This document shows positions 53,922 to 64,000 of a stretch of DNA of 64,000 bases, piece after piece. A program made the translations under genes and the position numbers. This DNA is from Octopus vulgaris. Its lineage: Eukaryota. Location: positions 32,860,001 to 32,924,000 of the forward strand of contig OX597823.1 of NCBI GenBank assembly GCA_951406725.2, in the 5' to 3' direction. How positions within the stretch are numbered: the first letter of the stretch is position 1; each line of letters opens with the position of its first letter. The notes under the pieces are model-generated. The model saw only the letters and a program-made list of their open reading frames with translations, had not been told where the DNA came from and made no database searches.

Positions 53922-54947
53922 CATAAAAAGCAACATCCGAACGTGGCCGATGCCAGCACCGCCCCGAGTGGCTTCTGCGCCGGTGGCACATGAATATCGA
54001 ACCAAATATCAATGGAAACAGTAGTTGTGATACCTGTGCCGGTGACACATAAAAAGCACCATCCGAACGTGGCCGTTGCCAGTGCAGCCTCCACTGGCTT
54101 CTGTGCCGGTGGCACATAAAAAAGCACCATCCGAACGTGACCGATGCCAACCCTGCCTCGAATGGCTTCTGTGCCGGTAGCACATAAAAAGCAACAACCC
54201 TGCCTCGAATGGCTTCTGTGCCGGTGGCACATAAAAAGCAACGCCCGAACGTGGCCGATGCCAGCACCGCCCCGACTGGCTTAAAAAGCACCAACCGATC
54301 GTGGGATCCCGGAACATCTCGCTGTGCGCTGTGCTTGAGGAGACCTGTTGAGTCAAGTGCATGTGCATGTACATGAACATCGAACCAAATATCAATGGAA
54401 ACAGTAGTAGCTGTGATACCTGTGCCGGTGACACATAAAAAGCACCATCTGAATGTGGCCGTCGCCAGTGCAGCCTCCACTGGCTTCTGTGCCGGTGGCA
54501 CATAAAAGGCACCATCCGAACGTGACCGATGCCAACCCCGCCTCGAATGGGTTCTGTGCCGGTAGCACGGCACCATCCGAACGTGACCGATGCCAACCTC
54601 GCCTCGAATGGGTTCTTTGCCAGTAGCACATAAAAAGCAACATCCGAACGTGACCAATGCCAGCACGGCCTTGACTGGCTTCTGTGCCGGTAGCACAAAA
54701 CAAAAAAAAAAAAAAAAAGCACCAACTGATCGTGGCCGATGCCAGACCCCTCTGGCACCTGTGCAGGTGGCACGTAAAAAGCACCCACTACACTCGCGGA
54801 GTGGTTGGCGTTAGGAAGGGCATCCAGCTGTAGAAACACTGCCAGATCAGACTGGAGCCTGGGGCAGCCCCTGGCTCCCCAGACCCCGGTCGAACCGTCC
54901 AACCCGTGCTAGCGCGGAAAACGGACGTTAAACGATGATGATGATGA
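53920..54947 (+). mobile_element. RTE 3' UTR with an expanded minisatellite (about 60-bp unit)
   Basis: More than 10 units of cacataaaaagcaccatccgaacgtg(g/a)ccgatgcca...ggcttctgtgccggt, followed by the standard RTE end CGGACGTTAAAC(GAT)n. Confidence 0.85.
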
Positions 54948-56713
54948 TATATATACATATATACGACGGGCTTCTTTCAGTTTCCGTCTACCAAATCCAC
55001 TTACAAGGCTTTGGTCGGCCCGAGGCTATAGTGGAAGACACTTGCCCAAGGTGCCACGCAGTGGGACTGAACCCGGAACCGTGTGGTTGGTAAACAAGCT
55101 ACTTACCACACAGCCACTCCTGCGTTGTGTATATATATATATATATACACTTAAGTATATTTACAATATACATGAATTGTAAATGTAATGAACAATATAA
55201 GAGAGAGAGAAGACAACAGAGAAAGGACAAAGTTTAATAAATACTTTAAAAGGAAGGGAAATCATCATCATCATCATCATCGTTTAACGTCCGTTCTCCA
55301 TGCTAGCATGGGTTGGACTGTTCGACCGGGGATCTGGGAAGCCAGAAGGCTGCACCAGGCTCCGGTCTTATCTGGCAATGTTTCTACAACTGGATGCCCT
55401 TCCTAACACCAACCACTCGTGAGTGTAGGGAAAGAACCTTAATATTTTGAACATTAGTCCTTCATCAGAAAAAGAGAAAAATCATAGGTGGAATGAGAAA
55501 AAAGAAAAATTGGAGAGAGAAAAAAAATAAGAGAGGTTAGGAGCCTGGTGGGAATGTGATCCTATGAGAAGCTGAAAAGGGAGAAGAGTGGGTGTTTTGC
55601 AAGTATAGGAGTGTATCCAGGTTTAGAGAGAAGAAATGGGTAGCTGGAGTGTGTTGTGTGCGTGTTTTAGTGGAAGTGAGCAAATGTGAAAGTATAGTGG
55701 CATGTGGGAGTGGGAATTGGTGTGTGTGAGAAAAGTAGAAAATGAGGAGGTGGGAGCAGACACAAGTGTGGGGGTAGGCAAGAGGGGTGTGGAGGATGTG
55801 ACAGAAGTGCATGCAAGGGCTTGGGTGTGAAACATTGTTACATGGAATGAAGATATGAACAAAAGAAACAAAATTGAAAGAAAAGACGCAAGTCCAGAGA
55901 GAGAAATCAGAAAAAAATTACAGATAAACTAATTACAATGCAAAACACTGGTGAAAAAGAGAGGAAAATTACAAGTTCTGTGAGAGAAAAGGTATTTAAG
56001 AATTACACAACACTGATGAAAATTCCAGTGAGGTTGGAAGGAATGTCCTAAGTAAGGTGAAGTAAAAAGAAATTTAGTGAAGTGAGGTACATAGAAAGGC
56101 AAGAGGAATATGACAGATGCGAGTGCATGTGTCAAATTATGAAGTGATTTCTCATGGAAGAAAGAAAAAGGAATGAAAAAATTTCTTTCAAAAATATATG
56201 TGACGAGTAGAAAGTCTAGTGAGTTCAAGGATGGTAAAGAAGTAGTAAATTCTATAAAGAGGAGAATCAGATAAAATCTGCCATGGAGAGTTGAGTAGAA
56301 AAGCATTAGGTGTAAAGGAAAATTGCAAGGGGAAAAATGGAAATATCTTCGGACAGAAGAGTGGAGAGTGAAGGGAGGTAAATAAAAAGATATGCATGTG
56401 TGTGTGTGTTAGCAAGCTGAAGAGTATGTAGTTAAAGAAGGTATGAACCACAGATGTCAACCAAAGTGTCAGTAGCAGAGGTAGAATGTATGTGGGTGAG
56501 AGTATGTGTGTAAGGGATGTATTCTGGCACTGACAAGTGTGTGTGTATGTGTGAGCATACATAAGTGTGAAAAAGCAGGGAACGTGTGAGTGAGTGGATG
56601 AAATGGGTGTGTATGAGTTAAAGAGACAAGATGGCAGGTGAATGGTGATGTGTTTTTAAGTTTGTGTGTGTGCTTAAGAATAAATGCGTGGGTATGTATT
56701 AAGTGATGAAATG

Positions 56714-56765
<52 letters not shown>

Positions 56766-58631
56766 AGAAATGTGAAGGTTCAGGAGTTGATGGAGTGGAG
56801 TGATGTAAGTAGAAGTGGTGTTGGTACACTGAAGGCATGTATGTGGGTGTGAGAGAAGTGTGGTATGAGATATGGGAAGTAGGGGAGAATGTGAGTGAAG
56901 TACATGGGAGAGGGGAAAGGTGCTCATAGTGATGGAGCAGGTGAGGAGGAAAACAACTTAGAAGAATTGAGATGGAGAATTCAGACCAATAGACACATAA
57001 GTTTGGAGAGAGAAAATAAGCTCCCCTTCCTTCTGAAGGCAAGTTATGGAAGATCTGATGGTTGGATCCTAATGAACTATCCAATCCATACAGGGATGGT
57101 AAGCAGACCATCAAACCCAGGACTGAGTACACCTACTTAAACCACCCCATTACTACTTTCTCTCCCCATCTTTCCTTCATATTAATCCCTGACATAAGTA
57201 TTTCTCTTCCATTTCTCTTAATCACCACCAACACTCTTTCCTCTGTTGTTTTCCCCACTAATTCCTCTCTCAATAATAAATATGTTCCATCCACCATGGA
57301 GGCTCTCGTTTACCTTGCAAGCAACAAGGCAACTCTACCAATGCTAGTGCCACAAGAATGTACCCAGTGTATTCTGTTGGTTGGTGAATCTCCTTTGGTT
57401 AATGAGTAGGATTCAGTTGTTTAATTAACTGAATTAGGTGCTCCTTAATTAATAAGTGGCTGAGTATTTCTCAAACACATATACACTTAACATAATTCAC
57501 AGGTAGAATCAGTATGACAGAGTGTGCCAAGGATCTACATCATGAATCATAGATACAATCCATCTGACAGGCTTCTATGCAGTTTCTGTTGACCCAATTT
57601 CACTTACATGTTATGGTAAAAAATAACATTTGCTCAAGACACCACACAATAGGATCAAACTGAGGACTTTTTGATTGCAAAATGAATTTCTTCTTAATTC
57701 AGCCATACTACACCTCCGTAAGTGGTTGGTCATAGGAAGGGCATCCAGCTATAGAAACTGCAAAAACTAAGACATTGCTGTAAGATGTAAGAGTAAAGAC
57801 TTTGACCCTAAGAGACATGTGATTTGTGGAAACATGCATCAAATGTTTATAAATTTATCCAAGGATCATTGTTATTATTACTATATTTCTTTTATTCGTT
57901 TACCTGTTCCAGTTATTTGACTGTAGCCATGCTGGAGCACTGCCTTCAGTAGAGCAAATTGACCCCAGGACTAGCACTTATTCTACCAGTCTCTTTTGCC
58001 AAACTGTTAAGTTACGGGGACATAAACACACCAGCATCAGTTGTCAAGCGACGTTGGTGGTGGGGTACAAACATATACACACAGACCTATATATACAATG
58101 GGCTTCTTTCAGTTTCTGTCTACCAAATCCACTTACAAGGCTTTGATTGGCCCAAGGCTATAGCAGAAGACACTTGCCCAAGGTGCCACTCAATGGGACT
58201 GAACCCAGAATCATGTGGTTGGTAAGCAAGCTACTTACCACACAGCCACTCCTATATGTAGCCATCCCACTCTTAAATACTTCTTTCCCTTAGTTGTGGG
58301 CTATTTTTCCTTTTTCACTGTCCTTTTTCTGTATTGTGCCGGTGACAAAATAAAAGCACTCAGTACATACTGTAAAGAGGTTGACATTAGAAAGGGCATC
58401 CAGCTGTAAAAACCATATCGAATCTGACAATATACCTCGGTGCAGCTCACCGACTGTCAAACCATCCGATCCATGCCGGCAGAGAAAACGAACATTAAAT
58501 GATGACCATCATCGTTATCATCACCTACATACATACGTATTTATACATACACATATATACATACCTAATGTATACATCCATGCATGTATGTATATAACCA
58601 CACGTTTATATATGCAAACATTTATAATTCC

Positions 58632-58685
<54 letters not shown>

Positions 58686-58689
58686 GTTC

Positions 58690-58725
58690 CTTTCTGTCGA
58701 AGAGCGTAGGCTCGAAACGTAAAAG
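58690..58725 (+). ncRNA. Minimal hammerhead variant (A6U) in a roughly 135-bp element embedded in (TA)n
   Basis: CUUU-CUGUCGA-A-GAGC-GUAG-GCUC-GAAA-CG-UA-AAAG. Stems I and II are perfect, with an ACGU palindrome. Confidence 0.65.
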
Positions 58726-58812
58726 ACTATCTCACTTCCCGAGCGTTAAACTAATACATCTGTTTGTTGTTTACACACTCTTCTTCGTCTTTTGTGTCTT
58801 TTTATAAATTCC

Positions 58813-58854
<42 letters not shown>

Positions 58855-58856
<2 letters not shown>

Positions 58857-59137
58857 TTGGGATTTGGTTTGCAAGATTCTTTATATGAGTTCGTGTGTTG
58901 AAACAGATTCTGTTGTGTCTGGGGGGAGTCATTTTCTTTTTGTGCCTTATGATTTAACACACACACACCGGTAAAATTTCCACTTATTTCTTATTTTTAT
59001 TTTCCTAAAATTTTCATTGCGTCTTGCAACCTTTTAAATAGTAGGAAAATAAAAATAAGAAATAAGTGGAAATTTTACCGGTGAGTGTGTTAAATCATAA
59101 TGCACAAAAAGAAAATTACTCCCCCCAGACACAACAG
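58855..59137. mobile_element. Inverted-repeat element with a tail on one arm and a degenerate hammerhead-like centre (family F)
   Basis: 58909-59007 pairs with 59042-59137; the left arm extends about 50 nt further. The centre on the minus strand reads CUA-UUUAAAA-G-GUUGC-AAGAC-GCAAU-GAAA-AU-UU-UAG. Confidence 0.6.
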
Positions 59138-61668
59138 TATATATATCCATACATGTACAAAAATACATGTACATATCCATACATATATACACGTGTATAC
59201 ACTCACACGCTCTCCCTCTCTCTCCACACACACATACGTGATAAAGTAAAAGCAGTAACTAGTCTACATTCCTCCGCTAGAAACTTGCCTTATCTGCCAG
59301 TATTAACAACGACACGTTACAATTCTTATTAGCGAATGTCACCTGGCTACATTGTAACCCTGTCACATAATTCTTCACCTCGGTACTTCTATTAATAACC
59401 ACTATCTTTCGTTGTAGTTACTCTTGAATATGTCTCCACCTGTTTTCATGCTAACAACCGCTATTTCCAGCTGTTTTAGCTATCCTGTTAAATGCCTGCA
59501 CCAGAGTACATTTAAAAACAATAACCACTACTTAATTTATTACATATATATATATATATATATATTACCGACAGAATGATACGTATAAATACTAACCTAC
59601 ATCATTTCAAATGTAATATCTTCAGCTATTCTTATTCTACAATCTAGAAGAATCTTCTCATACTTAAATGTGTATATATCTAAATGCACACATCGATATA
59701 TTTGTGTGCGCGCGCGCATATACTTCAGGTTTCACACACACTACACAATAAATATATGCACACGTGTGTGCGCGCGCACACGCAAACACACATACAGAGT
59801 GACCCCCCCCCCCCCGCACACACACTTCTTCCCCAACTTTTCTCTAGATAACATTCGGTTATCATGCAATCAACATTAATAGCAAGAAAATTATGTGTAT
59901 TCCGCAATTTTTTTTTTTTTTTCATTAATCCCAGCACAGCACAATGCAAGGCGAACCCGTTTTGGCCCCGTTTTACACATCTAGAACCCTACAACTACTA
60001 CTAGTGGTATACTACCAGCACTAGTTAGGTTCTTTCTTCAAGTCACAATGTGATAAACGAAGACGTTGGGTGGTTATTACAACTACCCCACACTCACTCA
60101 TTCATTCATAGGAAACAGAGTATTACTTCAGATTTTAAACGGCTCTTCGTGATGGATTTTTGGTTTGGTAAAATCGTTATCAAATTTGGTCCAGATATAT
60201 TCTGGATAATTAGATTTATATCTGTCTAATACAGATATGAAGAGAGACAGATATATAGGCGTATGTTACAGCTTTAATACACACATATATATGTACGCGC
60301 GCGCACATACAATGTAGAAGTGACAGTGTATATTCTACATGCCAACACATTTGCATGTGTAGAAGACGTGCTATGTATGTATAAAGAGGTTAAAGACTAA
60401 GAGATATGGGGAAACAGAGCGACAGAGAGAGGAGAAATAAGGCAAGCTACAACTAGAGAAAGAGAGAGAACACAGAGGGTGAGAAATAAAGGAGTAAAAT
60501 AATGGGGCAAGCCGATGATGATAATTCTTTATTATTGTTGCAAGGGCGACGAATGGAGGGGAGAATTTAAAGATACATTACAAAAAAGGGTGGCACAAGT
60601 CCACACATTTTGGATGAAGGGTGAAATTGTAATAATAATTTCTCAAGCACAAGGTCTGGAATATGGCACACGGCCATAAATTATGGGAAAGAGGGATATA
60701 GTCAATAAAACCGGCCCTCGTACTTAACTGATACTTATTATTATTGATTCCCCCAAAAGAAAGCTCCACCTCGGTGGGATTTGAACTCAGAATGTGTAAA
60801 GGGACGTAACTAAATACCGCAAGGTATTTCGTATAGTCGTAATAGTAATAATAGGAAGAAAAACCTCAACATTTGGGAACGGGGAATATGAGTGTGTGAT
60901 GTTGATGCCTTTCTCGAAGGCTTTAGTGATGTAATGTGAAATGAGAAGACAGCAAGTAAATAATAATGATTTATTGCATTAGCATTTGTATTGAACTGGC
61001 TGGCATTTCGAGGGAGAAGACAGAATTGTGAAAGATATAGCAGACACTATAGGGATTTGAACTCGGAACATAAAAGGGCGTAATTGACCATTTTGTCCTC
61101 TACTCTACCAATAATGTTTTATATATTATTTATAATGATAATAAAAATAATGTGAAGGTTTCTGAAAAATATAAGAATTCATCTACAAAAGGAACAATTT
61201 CTGTCAAAAGAAGCGAGTTATCAAGCGAAAGGGTTCGTGAATTGCATATATTCAATTTTAACGCCCCTTAGATAGAAGACGAGGTCGACCTATGAAGGAT
61301 TCGAAGAAGCACATGCGAATGAATTAAATGCTGAAAAAAAAAACCCCTGGTCAAAAGCTAATGATACCATAAATACACCATTAGTAATCCCATAGTAGAC
61401 GTGTGTACGTATGTATGTAAGCAACTGGCCGAATCCGGAATCGAATGCGCCTTTTCGTGTATTGATGACCATATATTATAAACATTAACGCACTTGCCAT
61501 GTCTAAGCTCATTTTTCGGCTAAAGTCATGATAGTTCAATCATCCTCATTGATACATATAGAAATTATTAAAAGACTGTGTGTAATTTAATTATTGTTTT
61601 ATCTGACACTTGATTGCACCCTCAGTGAAGAACATAGATAGATAGATAGATAGATAATTCAAACTCAC

Positions 61669-61833
61669 CTCTACTGTCATCGCAAGACCTTTCGATGGTT
61701 TAGCGACTTTCTTTTTACCAGTTCCTCCTGCATTGCAAGCAACGGGTGAGAAGAAGAAGAAGCAGGTAAGAGTCAGGCTTAAAGTGATGATGCCAACCAT
61801 AGCAGAGCAACGAGGCGTTGAGGGGTGCAGCAT
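61669..61833 (-). CDS. FKBP11: FKBP11-like PPIase, coding exon 1 (signal peptide; MLHPSTPRC...KGLAMTVE, 55 aa)
   Basis: ATG at 61833 in ttcaaaATG context, with an in-frame TAG upstream. Hydrophobic signal segment GIITLSLTLTCFFFFSPVAC. Donor GAG|gtgagt at 61669/61668, phase 0, joins exon 2 in frame. A second in-frame ATG lies at 61800. Confidence 0.85.
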
Positions 61834-62477
61834 TTTGAAAAGAAGTGCTTCGCTGCCCACTCCAATAACACTCTGACAATTGAAAAGCTACGTTGACTGT
61901 GAAGAAATGTTGGTAAGATAGCGCAGAGAAAATAAGACCACGACAAGGAACTATAAAATATAATAATAATAATAATAAATATAGAATTATATATGTTTGT
62001 GTGTGTGTTGTGTATGTCTTTAAAGAATTTACGTTTCTTAATCTGCGTGTATTAGCATAGTCGCGTGTTATGTATACTTTTTTTTATTTATACAATACTA
62101 ATATAATATAAATATATTAATGATTATTTTAAAATCAATTATCCCTTGTATATTTTTCTATATACGTAATTATTCCATCCAAATACAGTTTCTTTTTTTT
62201 TCTTTTTGATGTTGTTACACTGATAGATAAACATATATGATTCGTATCTGAGTTTCGAATATAATAAAGCCACGACAGGTTTGTGTTTACAGGTTCGTTA
62301 TTTTCAAACAAGTGTTTCCTGCTGGAATGTAGATGACACGACATGGAGTACACGAAGCATGTGTTAGGGAGGTAGACGTGGTTATACAGAGAGAGGGGGG
62401 GATAGAGCGTGATTGGAAGCTTGTGTTAGAGGGAGTTGACGGGGGAAGGAAGTAGAGTGAGAAAGTCTCATATGGAG

Positions 62478-62866
<389 letters not shown>

Positions 62867-63061
62867 ATTCTTTTCCTTCTTTCAGTCATTAGATTGCGAC
62901 CATGCTGAGGCACCACCTTCGACTCTAGTACTCTTTTTTTTTGTAAGCCTAGTACTTATTTTATCGGTCTCTTTTGCCGAAGCATTAAGTTACAGGGATG
63001 TAAACGTACCAACACCGTTTACCATTCAGTGTGGTGGTGACAAACACAGACATACACACAA

Positions 63062-63092
<31 letters not shown>

Positions 63093-63456
63093 CTTGGGCC
63101 GACCAAACCCTAGTGAGTGGATTACATAAGCGGAAACTGAAAGAAGCCCGGCATAGATAGATAGATAGATGTATTTGTGTGTCTGTGTTCATCTCCCCAC
63201 CATCACTTGACAACCGATATTGTTGTATTCACGTCCCCGTAACTTAGCAGTTTGGAAAAAGTGACCGATAGAATAAGTACTAGGCTTACAAAGAATAAGT
63301 CCTGGGGTCGATTTGTTCGCCTAAAAGGATATATATATATATACGAAGGGCTTCTTTCAGTTTCCATCTTATAAATCCACACAAGATTTTGCTCAGCCTG
63401 AGTCTATAGTTGAAGACACTTGCAATTTTATCATGGCTACTGAATAATTGTCACAT

Positions 63457-63528
<72 letters not shown>

Positions 63529-64000
63529 AGTGGCTGTGTAGTAAGAAACTTGCCTCTCAACCACTTAGTTCAGGGTTCAATCCCACTGCATGGCACCTTA
63601 GCCAAGTGTCTTCTACTAAACCCATGAGCCAACCAAACATTTATGAGTAGATTTGGTAGACAGAAACTAAAAAGAAGGCCGCTATATATGTGTATATATG
63701 TACATATATATATCTACGTGTGTGTGTCTGTGCCAATCACAATGTGGATGGAGCTTGCAGAAGAGGGAAAGCCAGGAAGATATTGGATTAAAGTGGAGAA
63801 GGCTGACCTCAACACCTAGAACCTCATGAAAGAGCTGTTGAAGGACTGAGACGACTAGTAATATATGTAGGTCTGAAGAAGATTTACCAATCTGTATATA
63901 GATTGATAAAGTGTGTGCGTGTGTGTGTATTTATATATATATATATATAAAACTTGGAAATGGATGCATGGTGTTTGATCATATAATAATATAAATAATA

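Noticed and set aside
53920-54780. CRISPR-like repeat array
   Set aside because: The units are contiguous, similar along their whole length and have no unique spacers. They lie in an RTE 3' UTR in a eukaryotic genome with no cas genes.
53851-54902. Long ORFs of 281 and 297 aa
   Set aside because: They are translations of the stop-poor tandem repeat and have no protein-like features.
55430-57250. Purine/GT-rich tract with several 120-150 aa ORFs
   Set aside because: Low-complexity, strand-biased sequence, probably a decayed repeat. The translations are compositionally biased and have no motifs.

Overview
AT-rich, repeat-dense animal DNA. The SINE, RTE and microsatellite content suggests an Octopus genome (inference, not a database result). 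One protein-coding gene is supported: a 6-exon, minus-strand FKBP11-like ER peptidyl-prolyl isomerase (CDS 61833->16409, 211 aa, all GT-AG introns, intron 1 about 28.8 kb). The rest is mostly decayed transposable elements: RTE, Tx1/L1-like and R4/Dong-like LINEs, two Penelope-like (PLE) GIY-YIG elements, a complete Tc1, a mariner, hAT/piggyBac/MULE-type MITEs and many tRNA-derived SINEs. The most notable signal is a set of minimal type-I hammerhead ribozyme motifs (CUGANGA..stem II..GAAA-palindrome-UH) in at least 5-6 apparently unrelated short elements, most with inverted arms. One family, present in three copies, joins a tRNA-like Pol III head to a hammerhead. It inserts with the PLE-type signature of an inverted partial copy, a roughly 30-nt tail on one arm and a 10-14 bp TSD, which makes it a candidate Penelope-mobilised ribozyme SINE. 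Boundaries of decayed repeats are approximate, and no ribozyme activity is demonstrated.
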